Shown one piece after another: positions 9,217-17,578 of a stretch of 52,659 bases of DNA (positions are counted from its first letter, which is position 1; each line of letters starts with the position of its first letter). The position numbers and the translations under genes are program-made. The notes below the pieces were generated by a model that saw only the letters and a list, made by a program, of their open reading frames with translations, was not told the origin of the DNA and did not search any database. This DNA is from a virus. Lineage: Duplodnaviria > Caudoviricetes. The stretch covers positions 1 through 52,659 of IMG/VR virus record IMGVR_UViG_3300020042_002183, one strand, 5' to 3'.

Positions 9217-10461
9217 TTAGCAGACTTTGCCGCCGCGCTTTTTGGGCACGGGAGACACAGTCACAGACTTTTCAGTCTTGGTAACTGATTTTGGCTCTTT
9301 ATCAGAGACAGCACCCATTCCCAGCATGCGTTTTGCGCCTTGGAACACGCGCTTAGGTGCGCCGAGAATCATTTCCCTCATCTCTTCGTTGTCAGCGCGT
9401 TCTGCATTCTTTTCAGCTTGCATACGAGCATTCTCACGAGCAATGATTGGGTCATAGTCAGTCTCAGCACCGCCACCGGCCTGCATCTTCCTAACTCCGC
9501 CACCCTTTTTAAAAGTACCAGCCTGACGGTTGGTGCTTACAGGTTTTGATGGGGGTTTATTCCCCTGTGGCATTTTCTGAGGGCGACCATCATCTTGGAC
9601 TGATCCACCCTCAGCAAACTTTTTTGGAGCACCGCCTTTTTTGTAGCCGCCACCCATCATGCGATTGCGCATCATGCCGTCGTCCATCATGGGGTTACCC
9701 ATCATGCCGCCGCCAACCATGCCGCCATCCATCATGGCCTTGCCACCCTTCTTGTAGCCGCCTGCACCAGAAGTCACGCCGCCAGTTGCATAGTTGGACT
9801 TGCCATTGTTCTTGGCAGTAACCATCTTTGTTTGGCCGCTTGTTGACTTGATGATGCCGCCAGCTTTGTAGCCACCTGCACCAGAGCTTACGCCGCCAGT
9901 CTTCATGCCCTTTGTGCGATACGGATACTTTTCATTCAAAGATTTTTCGATATTCTTTCCACGCTCTGTACCAGTCATGTAATGAATATCGTCCGCCACC
10001 TGCATAGCGCCCTCTTTTACATGGTCTTTGACTGACTCAAAAAAGCCTTTTTTATCAGGCATTTTTTTTGTCTCACCGCCAGTAGCCATTTTGCCGCCAT
10101 GTTTTAGCTTGAGCGAAGTGCCTTTACCGCCTTTGTGCTCTTGAGCATCGTGCTGTAAGAAAGCTTTCTTGATCATGGCCTTGTCTTGCGACTTGTCCAT
10201 TTTCCCGCCCTCTTTCATGGTAGTTGGCATGGTAGCCATGGCTTTTTTGCGTTTCGCCATGGATGGCTTTTTAGGAGCCATCGCCATATCCATGCCACCA
10301 CGAGGAGCGCCCAAAGAACCCTTCATAGAGGAGAACGATGGCATTTTGTCGCCCATCATGTCCCCGCCCATGGCTTTCATTACAGCGCCGCCTTTTTTGA
10401 GCTTCAGTTCAACCGAAGGCTCAGTGGTCATCATTTTGACCATTGGTTTGAATTGACCCAT
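9217..10461 (-). CDS. Lys/Met/Gly-rich basic protein with about 13 [YFML]xxGG motifs; putative internal virion protein
   Basis: 414 aa low-complexity protein: LKKGG, MKEGG, LKHGG, MATGG, MKTGG, YKAGG, YATGG, YKKGG x2, FAEGG, FKKGG, MQAGG. Confidence 0.7.
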   Translation of the reverse strand: MGQFKPMVKMMTTEPSVELKLKKGGAVMKAMGGDMMGDKMPSFSSMKGSLGAPRGGMDMAMAPKKPSMAKRKKAMATMPTTMKEGGKMDKSQDKAMIKKAFLQHDAQEHKGGKGTSLKLKHGGKMATGGETKKMPDKKGFFESVKDHVKEGAMQVADDIHYMTGTERGKNIEKSLNEKYPYRTKGMKTGGVSSGAGGYKAGGIIKSTSGQTKMVTAKNNGKSNYATGGVTSGAGGYKKGGKAMMDGGMVGGGMMGNPMMDDGMMRNRMMGGGYKKGGAPKKFAEGGSVQDDGRPQKMPQGNKPPSKPVSTNRQAGTFKKGGGVRKMQAGGGAETDYDPIIARENARMQAEKNAERADNEEMREMILGAPKRVFQGAKRMLGMGAVSDKEPKSVTKTEKSVTVSPVPKKRGGKVC

Positions 10462-10463
10462 GA

Positions 10464-11156
10464 TTAACGCTCCTTCGCAACGAAGACGTAATCCACAGTC
10501 ATTGTCTTTGCAACGGCTTCACCATTTTGAAGAGCAATTGTCACAGTCAAATCTTCGTCATCAACCAAGTTGGTGGTCACAGAAGTGCCGCCCACAACGC
10601 CGTTTACGGAGTATTGAATGCTTGATGCGCCATCGTAGTAAAACCCAAGACTAATAAATGTGTCGTTAGCCATAGTAGCCACGCTAGAGGTCGTAGTTGC
10701 TGTGTTGTTCTTCTCAACCAACAGGCTTACCGAAGTAGAGCCGTCTGCCTTGATGAAAAACACACCATCCGATACGTCAAGCGGGGTTGTATCGGTAATT
10801 TGAAGACCAATAACCACATCAGACTGAGTCGCATCACTTACCTTGAATCGAGCCTCAAAGAAAAGCTCTTTGCCTGAAGCAAAGCGATATGACTCGCCTA
10901 CTTTTTGCAAAGAAACGAGATCATCATCTGCGGCAGTGTTGGTGATCAAAAGTAAACCACCATCGCCGTCAGTCAAAGCCTGAGTAGCACCAGCTTGAGT
11001 CTCAGTTACAGTCCAATTTCCAGCTACATAGTAGTCGAAATCTTCGTAGTAAGTGTGAAACTTTGTTGGTGCTGGCATTGTTAGATCAGCAAACAGAGAA
11101 TCTTCCCCGACGTTTGTAACGCCATTGGGAAAACGAGTTACGAGTAGATTTGCCAT
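10464..11156 (-). CDS. Putative capsid decoration / lectin-fold virion protein
   Basis: 230 aa beta-rich, immediately downstream of MCP, strong AGGAG RBS. Confidence 0.6.
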   Translation of the reverse strand: MANLLVTRFPNGVTNVGEDSLFADLTMPAPTKFHTYYEDFDYYVAGNWTVTETQAGATQALTDGDGGLLLITNTAADDDLVSLQKVGESYRFASGKELFFEARFKVSDATQSDVVIGLQITDTTPLDVSDGVFFIKADGSTSVSLLVEKNNTATTTSSVATMANDTFISLGFYYDGASSIQYSVNGVVGGTSVTTNLVDDEDLTVTIALQNGEAVAKTMTVDYVFVAKER

Positions 11157-11174
11157 TGTTTTTTCTCCTGTAGA

Positions 11175-11198
11175 GAATGAGGGCCGAAGCCCCCACTC
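11175..11198 (-). promoter_or_regulatory. C(UUCG)G hairpin downstream of MCP
   Basis: GAGTGGGGGC-TTCG-GCCCTCATTC, 10-bp stem, no U-tract. Confidence 0.7.
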
Positions 11199-11204
11199 GG
11201 ATAA

Positions 11205-12119
11205 TTAAACGCCGGGTGTACCAAACATGGCGCGAGGATCAGTGAAGCCGACATCGTAACGCTCTGTCGCTTTGTAGCGCATAGAGTCAGTCTCGAAGTC
11301 ACCTTCCATGGTCTTCTCCAGCTTGCGACGCATCATGAGCTTCATGCCTTCAGGAGCGTCTGTCTGCACCCACCATGCGGTAGGAGAAGTCAAACGGCTG
11401 ATGATGGCAGCGCCCTCGTCGATCAGACCAATCGATTTGATTGGGTTGATGTCGTTGTTGGCGTTACCAGCACGGAGAACAGACTTCAGCAGAACTTCAG
11501 CTTGCATCTCGTTGCCGGGAGCCACGACCAATTGCTTGGGAACCAAACGGATCTTCTTGCCATTGTTGTCCACTGCTTGGCGAATCTGAATCAGCATCTG
11601 CTCAAGCGATGTCTGGCTCAGGTTGGCGGCGGTGGTCAGCAAGTTGCTGAAAGTACCGTTCACGATTGGGTGAGAGGCGGAGTTCAGTTGAACGCCGTCA
11701 CCACCGGGGTACGAGCTATTGAAAGCACGGTTGAGCACGTTGGCCGACAGTGTTTCCTTGGTCTCGATCAGGGACTGAGCGAGGTGACGGGCATACACTT
11801 GACCGATACGGATGTGGTCGCCGTCTTCCACCAACACTTTGGTCAGCGCGAAGGCGAGGCCATACACGTTGTACACATAGCGTTTGAGGAATAAGACACC
11901 ACCTTGTTGGTACGTCACAGGGGAGCCGTCAGGCAACTGTGGAGCCGCACCGAAACCGTACAGGACAGGTTCTTCGTGGTAGTTACGGGGGATGCCTGTT
12001 TCCTCGCGGAAAACACGCGACCATTCGTCTTGACGAAGGTCGTAGACACCATCAAAGCATTCATTGAGAATGGGTTCGACAATACTTCTAAAGTCGGTAC
12101 TGCGCATTGGAGCGGCCAT
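11205..12119 (-). CDS. Major capsid protein (HK97 fold, Mu gpT-like)
   Basis: 304 aa; position after scaffold and decoration genes; GDGVQLNSASHP, PKQLVVAP, DFETDSMRYKATERY..GFTDPR motifs. Confidence 0.88.
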   Translation of the reverse strand: MAAPMRSTDFRSIVEPILNECFDGVYDLRQDEWSRVFREETGIPRNYHEEPVLYGFGAAPQLPDGSPVTYQQGGVLFLKRYVYNVYGLAFALTKVLVEDGDHIRIGQVYARHLAQSLIETKETLSANVLNRAFNSSYPGGDGVQLNSASHPIVNGTFSNLLTTAANLSQTSLEQMLIQIRQAVDNNGKKIRLVPKQLVVAPGNEMQAEVLLKSVLRAGNANNDINPIKSIGLIDEGAAIISRLTSPTAWWVQTDAPEGMKLMMRRKLEKTMEGDFETDSMRYKATERYDVGFTDPRAMFGTPGV

Positions 12120-12133
12120 GGTCTACTCCTTTC

Positions 12134-12733
12134 TTAGAAAGCGTTGATGTTTGCAACGGTCTGATGCTCAGAAATCGTCACTCGCAAAATTACATAAGTA
12201 TCTCCCCAAGCATTGTCGGGGTACGGAGCAAGGTCTACGACACGCAACTGAGCCACAGCGGATGTGGTTGCAGTTGACACGCCAAGAGTTGCTTGAGACA
12301 AACCAGTGACGGATGAGCCTGCTGATGCATTGCTCAAGTCAAACTGAGCGTTCAGCAGAGTTTGCGCAATAGTTGCATCAGACTGAATCTCATAAACGAT
12401 CAGAGGATCGTTGTAGAAATAGACTACAACCGAACCAGTCTGAAAGCTCTCGCTTGCAGGCCAGTAGTTAGAGATGCGACGACGACCAGTGGTGTCAGTC
12501 CACTCGCAACCAGAGAAGGCTCCGACAAATGCATCGCCAGCGGTAGCTACTTCAATGTAGCCAGCAGCGTTGTATTTGACAGCTTGGTTCTTGAGGATGT
12601 TGGTTCCATAACCAACGTTATTGATGCCGCTCGTAGAGACGGCCAGAATGCCATTGGCAAGCGCCTGAGCACGATCCAAACCAGAAGGATGGAATGCGGG
12701 ACGCAAGCCGAATGGAGCGTTTGTTGCAGACAT
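12134..12733 (-). CDS. Capsid cement/decoration-like protein
   Basis: NAPFGLRP start, directly upstream of MCP. Confidence 0.6.
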   Translation of the reverse strand: MSATNAPFGLRPAFHPSGLDRAQALANGILAVSTSGINNVGYGTNILKNQAVKYNAAGYIEVATAGDAFVGAFSGCEWTDTTGRRRISNYWPASESFQTGSVVVYFYNDPLIVYEIQSDATIAQTLLNAQFDLSNASAGSSVTGLSQATLGVSTATTSAVAQLRVVDLAPYPDNAWGDTYVILRVTISEHQTVANINAF

Positions 12734-12757
12734 AGTCTTACTCCTATTTCGGTGTCC

Positions 12758-13300
12758 CTAGCCTTGAAAGATTGGCATAGGAACAGATTGGTCAAAATTG
12801 CCAAATCCTTCGCCTTCAACCTGACCCAATGACTTCCCAGAGCTATCGCGCCTTCCCTGAAGTTGCTCCACTTGAACGCGAACCTTGTCGGCCTCGTTCA
12901 TTGGTTCTTCATGGTGCATGTGCATCATGATGTCTTGGTAAACGTCCATAGGAAGTTTGCACAAGATCATCTCGTTGCATGCGATAAATCCAGTGTACTC
13001 ACCAGCTTTTACACGGTAGTTTTCGTATCCGGGATGTTCGTCCGTTTTCACAGGTACATACCCTTGACGAAACCGCTTTTCAATGGTGTCGTATGTATTG
13101 GTTGTTGATAGCCAGCAAAGATGCCATCCCGGTACATCGGGGGCTTTTGGCAGTGCGCTTTGGTTCCATTCATCGGTAAACATCTTGCGACGCTCGTTTG
13201 ACGAAATGAATTTTTCCTGCGGCGGTTCACGGCTTTCGTCCTGTGAAGAACGAGCTTCTCTACCACCAGCAGAAAGAGATTTTTTGAGACGGGATTCCAT
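12758..13300 (-). CDS. Conserved hypothetical head-morphogenesis protein
   Basis: 180 aa; PGWHLCWLS...GYVPV...MILCKLP, between scaffold and MCP. Confidence 0.7.
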   Translation of the reverse strand: MESRLKKSLSAGGREARSSQDESREPPQEKFISSNERRKMFTDEWNQSALPKAPDVPGWHLCWLSTTNTYDTIEKRFRQGYVPVKTDEHPGYENYRVKAGEYTGFIACNEMILCKLPMDVYQDIMMHMHHEEPMNEADKVRVQVEQLQGRRDSSGKSLGQVEGEGFGNFDQSVPMPIFQG

Positions 13301-13303
13301 GGC

Positions 13304-14284
13304 TTAACCTTTCAGATTTTGTTGACGTGCTTCGATTGCGTAACGTTTGATCATCTTGTTGCGTTTTTCTGAGTCGTCCCAGAACCCCGCCTCCTTCATT
13401 GCCGACACTTGATCCTTGGTCAGCGTAAAGGTGTTGCGGTTTGATCCGCCTGATGAGAACTCACGTCCAGAGTCGCCCACAATATTCCTTCTCGGTTTAC
13501 CAGAGGTCACACCCCTCTCGGTATCTTGATTGTAACGATGCGGCATGTAATTACGCAAGCGTTTATCAAGTTCTGTGAAGTATCCCGAATCGGCGGGATC
13601 AAATCCTTCATTTGTTAAAGCTTCGTCCAGCTTCTTAGCGATCTGGCTGTCCACATCACCCAAGTCAGCGTTGAACCAAGGATTGCGCTCCATCCATGTA
13701 TTTACATTTCGGGCAACCCGTGGGTCAGGAGTAATGCTCCCCTCGTTCTGAGGGCGTACAGCCTGCTTCTTGAACCCTTGCAGTTGTTCAATCTTGCGGC
13801 GGCTCTCGTACCACATGTCCTGTGCTTTTGTTAAAGCTTCGCCGTCTCGTGCGTTGGTAGCCTCGGACAGCTTCATCTTGGCGTACTGAAGGCGCATCTC
13901 TTGGTCTTCAATGGCCTTGTCAAGCTGGGCGAGGTCGGATGCGTGGTGTTTTTTCTCCACAACCATGAGTCGTTCCATTAACTCTTGGTTCTTGCGTTCC
14001 AGCATTTGCAGCTTCACGTCCTTCTCGACATTGGATCGCTTGGCAAGCTCTCGCTTGGCACGGCGTTTTTCTCGCCGCGCTCGTTGGTAATCGGTCTCGT
14101 CAGGAGGGGCTACCTCGTCACCACTTGCGTCTACCTCGCCACCAGCGGCAAGGGAGTCATCGTGGTCTTCATCTTCATGGTCGTCGCCTTGAATGTGATC
14201 GGGCAGTTCAATGACAGCGGAGCCGTCTTGACCTTCGTTGACGACAATCTTCTCGTCGTCTTTGTTGTTCGGTTCTGTGCTCAT
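13304..14284 (-). CDS. Capsid scaffolding protein
   Basis: Acidic N-terminus, long coiled coil, W..RNPWF motif, C-terminal TLTKDQV.AMK.AG helix-loop-helix; between portal and MCP. Confidence 0.75.
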   Translation of the reverse strand: MSTEPNNKDDEKIVVNEGQDGSAVIELPDHIQGDDHEDEDHDDSLAAGGEVDASGDEVAPPDETDYQRARREKRRAKRELAKRSNVEKDVKLQMLERKNQELMERLMVVEKKHHASDLAQLDKAIEDQEMRLQYAKMKLSEATNARDGEALTKAQDMWYESRRKIEQLQGFKKQAVRPQNEGSITPDPRVARNVNTWMERNPWFNADLGDVDSQIAKKLDEALTNEGFDPADSGYFTELDKRLRNYMPHRYNQDTERGVTSGKPRRNIVGDSGREFSSGGSNRNTFTLTKDQVSAMKEAGFWDDSEKRNKMIKRYAIEARQQNLKG

Positions 14285-14715
14285 AAGAAGGCTTTCATAG
14301 CTAGGGGATCACCAACAACCCGTGCGATAACTTCGTGATCGTTCAGGATCATGAACAAAGCAGGGTCTTCCATAACATCCTCACCGGGGACTTTCACCTC
14401 CCAACGGTCACCGCCCCACTTGGGGACTCGGATGTAGTCACCGACAGCGCACCACGAGCCTTCAGGCCACGGGAGCATCGTGTCGCGGTGTTTGAAAGCA
14501 AGAGGGCCAACCTCGACGACTTTCGCCACCATGTTGTTCCACTTCTCGGTTTCCTTGGTCTCCTCGACCAAAATAATCCCAGCACTAGTTACCTTCTTTT
14601 TGGTTCGGCGCAGTTGCACCAAAACTCGTCCACCAAGAGGCTTCGCACCGGGTTCTACGCTCGGGAATGCCCAAGCTAACTCAGCTTCGTCAGAAGCTAC
14701 CAATGTGTTACTCAT
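14281..14715 (-). CDS. groES: GroES-like co-chaperonin
   Basis: KPLGGRVLVQ...TSAGIIL...AKVVEVGP...VGD...ILNDHEVIA Cpn10 signature. Confidence 0.88.
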   Translation of the reverse strand: MSNTLVASDEAELAWAFPSVEPGAKPLGGRVLVQLRRTKKKVTSAGIILVEETKETEKWNNMVAKVVEVGPLAFKHRDTMLPWPEGSWCAVGDYIRVPKWGGDRWEVKVPGEDVMEDPALFMILNDHEVIARVVGDPLAMKAFL

Positions 14716-14893
14716 CGTCTCTCTCTTCCTTTAACATTGTGTTTAATATTTCGTAGGCTTCTGTTAAGCCTGCGTATTGCCCCACCATGCGCGTGTACAC
14801 GTCCCATGAAGCCGCATTACCTGCTGCTAGGGATGAAGCTATTTCAGCTTGACGTGTTTTGATCGCGCCGATGAAATCGGAAAGGGTTCTCAT
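14708..14893 (-). CDS. Hypothetical protein (61 aa)
   Basis: LAAGNAASWDVYTRMVGQYAGL; overlaps both neighbours. Confidence 0.75.
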   Translation of the reverse strand: MRTLSDFIGAIKTRQAEIASSLAAGNAASWDVYTRMVGQYAGLTEAYEILNTMLKEERDDE

Positions 14894-15036
14894 TTTTGTT
14901 TTGCTGGCAGGCTTCCCTTCTTAGATTGCTGTGGGTTGCCCTTGGGTTGTAGGGAAGAGCCATCGAGCTTTTCGCCCATAGCGATGCGTTTGTGCATTGG
15001 AATGCCCATGCTGTCTTGCGGTTTACTGGTAGCCAT
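14890..15036 (-). CDS. Small basic hypothetical protein (48 aa, not in ORF track)
   Basis: MATSKPQDSMGIPMHKRIAMGEKLDG...; AGGAG RBS; stop overlaps next ATG (ATGA). Confidence 0.6.
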   Translation of the reverse strand: MATSKPQDSMGIPMHKRIAMGEKLDGSSLQPKGNPQQSKKGSLPAKQK

Positions 15037-17563
15037 TCATGTCTCCTTGAGGACGGTTAAGGATTGCGGGTATCAGCCGCTCTTGCATAGCCCGTTGAAC
15101 ATCTCTGTTCATCCGCGCCAATTCGATGCGTTCTTTGGTCTCGTTGTCGCCAATAGCGATGGCAAGCTTGAGTTGGTTCTCCTCGTCTGCCAGTGCCATC
15201 TCGTCTTGGTGCTGTTGGCCCTTGAGCGCCATTTCCTGCTGATCTCGTGCAGCCCTGCGCTGGGTCTCCGCCATGCTGGTTTCCTGAAGCACCTTGGCCT
15301 CTGGGGGCAAGGGTTGCTGTGGAGCAAACTGCTGGGCGGTTTGGATCATCTGTGTGATCACAGGCATAACACCAGAGAACACCTTCTCGCTGTCCATAGT
15401 GACGTGCTGAGAGGCCAAGGCGTACAGCTTGTCGATGTTGGCCGTGAAGCGGCTGTCTTCGTACTGGCTGACTGCCCTGCTGTTTTCTTTGTTGACGTAG
15501 CCGTTCATGCGATGCAGATACCACAGCGTCAAGTGCTGCTTGATGTGCTCCAGCAGGGTAGGCACAAACTGAGGAGCCATCAGTGGGTTGCTACCAAAGA
15601 TTGGGTCTTTGCCGAAGTCCAAGTGGGTTTGCAGGTGCGCCAAGTGGTCTTGGGTGATGAAGGCAAAGGCTGGCTGGCCCAGAGCCATAGCCACATTCTC
15701 GTCGGCAGGGCTTCGCTGTTCGGCAGGAGGGGTGTTGACCAGCAGTTCGTTGATGCTTGGGATCTTGATCTGCTTCATGAACCGCTCAATCACAGCCTTT
15801 TGGTTGAATTGCTGCGGGTGCTTCTCCATGATCTGCATGACAGCCTGAATTTGGGCCATACGCTGGGTCTCAGAGAAGATGTGCGGGTCAGAAACAGGCA
15901 CAACGTCCGTGTTTTGGGCAAAATCTTCTTTCCTGATCTGCAAATCCGCCACCAACTCGCCTTTGCGCTGGTCATCCAAGTACCAACGGTTCAAACGGGA
16001 CAGGATCTTGAGCACTCGGGCTTGGCTGGCATGCAAACGAGCGTGGATTGAGCTAAAAACAGCCGCTCCCTGCTCAATCAGCGCCTGAGTCGTGCCAACT
16101 GGGGTGTTAGAGTTGACATCAGCGATCTTTTCCTCAGCCGTGGTGACCACGCCCTTGGCAGCTTTCTCCAAATAGCCCATCAATTGGAACAAAACAGGGC
16201 TTGGCGGGTTAAATGGCATGGGCATGGCGATCTTCTTGATGTCATCGACACCCGGAGCGCCCTCAATCTCCGCAATCTGCGTGACCTCCACCTGCTGAGA
16301 CTGCCCCGAGATCTTGGCTCCCTTGAGCTTGAGCATCGTCGCAGTGTTGTTGATGTGGGCAGAGTCCAGCAATGCCCTCAAAGCGCCTGTAAGGGCCGCT
16401 GAGAGGCCTCCAATCAGGTGCGGCAGGCCAACGGCATAGGCTCCACGCCATGGAATGAACTTGAACTCGACGATCCAGTCCAACTTGGTCATGGTTTCGT
16501 CGCCTTCTTCCCAGTTACGGTACAGGCCAATGACTTCGTTGTCCAACTCGTCAATCATCAGAATGTAAGGAGCCATCTCACCCTTGGTGTAGGGGTCATC
16601 ATCCAGTTCCAGCGAAGTGTAGATATGGAAAACCGTGCGCAATCCGTCCTCGTTGTCCTCAAACTTTTTGCCCTCGATCTTGTTGGTTGCCTTTTGAGCA
16701 CCCGATTGGTCGGGTTCCATAGTGGCACGGATGATGTCAATGTCTCGGTACAGCCCACTGGATATACGGCGCTTAAATTCAAAGGAGGTGATCTCGTGAA
16801 CCTCGGTCACACGCTGGGCGGTGTAAAAGTTTGCCGCTGAAAACGGGACGTAGACACGGTCAATTGGCAGGAACTCGCAGCAGGGACGGGCTTTTTTCTC
16901 GTCGTACCAGAGCTTGATGTACTGAGAGCCGCCCAACGGAAGCTGGGTCAGCATCTGTTCCTGCTCGTCACGGAACTCTTCGATCTGCTCGGTCAACTGC
17001 CAGTTCATATAGTCGCGCTTGCGCTCTGCTATGGCGGTCTTTTCCTCGGTCACCTCGCCCATGATCTTGGTGCGGGTAGGCCCGTCTGGTGGGAACATCT
17101 CTTTAATAGCACGGGCGGCAAAGTCCACGCAGGCTTCAGCCATAACAGGGTGGACGACCTTGGATGCGCCGTTGAAGTTAGCCCCACCGGGAGCATCGTT
17201 GCCCATACCCGTGCGGCGGATGCCTTCCTCGTACTGCTTGTCTCGCTGCTCACGGGCTGACTTGTCCTTGAGCACAAGCTCGACATAGCGCATGGCAGTC
17301 ATGTCCAGCGCCATCAGGTCAGACGACTCAGCCAAGTTGGCGTAGAAGTCCTCATTCTCTTCAGGGCCACCGTAGCCGTCCAAGTTCACCACGGCAGAGC
17401 CGTCAGGCAACTCCTCAATGTCCGCCCCCTTGGTCATCAACTCGATGTCAACAGAGCCGTCAGGGTTCTCCATCATCCCCTGCTGGCCCATTTGAGCCTG
17501 CGGGTCTGGCATGCCCTCAATGAATCGTCCGTCGTTCTGATCTATCGGCATTTGTGTTGCCAT
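15023..17563 (-). CDS. Portal protein
   Basis: 846 aa; GASKVVHPVMAEACVDF.ARAIKE, LPLGGS, PVGTTQALIEQG...SSIHARLH motifs and a Gln-rich barrel-like C-terminus. Confidence 0.88.
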   Translation of the reverse strand: MATQMPIDQNDGRFIEGMPDPQAQMGQQGMMENPDGSVDIELMTKGADIEELPDGSAVVNLDGYGGPEENEDFYANLAESSDLMALDMTAMRYVELVLKDKSAREQRDKQYEEGIRRTGMGNDAPGGANFNGASKVVHPVMAEACVDFAARAIKEMFPPDGPTRTKIMGEVTEEKTAIAERKRDYMNWQLTEQIEEFRDEQEQMLTQLPLGGSQYIKLWYDEKKARPCCEFLPIDRVYVPFSAANFYTAQRVTEVHEITSFEFKRRISSGLYRDIDIIRATMEPDQSGAQKATNKIEGKKFEDNEDGLRTVFHIYTSLELDDDPYTKGEMAPYILMIDELDNEVIGLYRNWEEGDETMTKLDWIVEFKFIPWRGAYAVGLPHLIGGLSAALTGALRALLDSAHINNTATMLKLKGAKISGQSQQVEVTQIAEIEGAPGVDDIKKIAMPMPFNPPSPVLFQLMGYLEKAAKGVVTTAEEKIADVNSNTPVGTTQALIEQGAAVFSSIHARLHASQARVLKILSRLNRWYLDDQRKGELVADLQIRKEDFAQNTDVVPVSDPHIFSETQRMAQIQAVMQIMEKHPQQFNQKAVIERFMKQIKIPSINELLVNTPPAEQRSPADENVAMALGQPAFAFITQDHLAHLQTHLDFGKDPIFGSNPLMAPQFVPTLLEHIKQHLTLWYLHRMNGYVNKENSRAVSQYEDSRFTANIDKLYALASQHVTMDSEKVFSGVMPVITQMIQTAQQFAPQQPLPPEAKVLQETSMAETQRRAARDQQEMALKGQQHQDEMALADEENQLKLAIAIGDNETKERIELARMNRDVQRAMQERLIPAILNRPQGDMNGYQ

Positions 17564-17578
17564 GGTTGCATCCTTTGA

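Noticed and set aside
14849-16051. 400-aa plus-strand ORF and the many other antisense ORFs in the track
   Set aside because: They are shadows of well-supported minus-strand genes (portal, giant protein, fibres) with no motifs or RBS.
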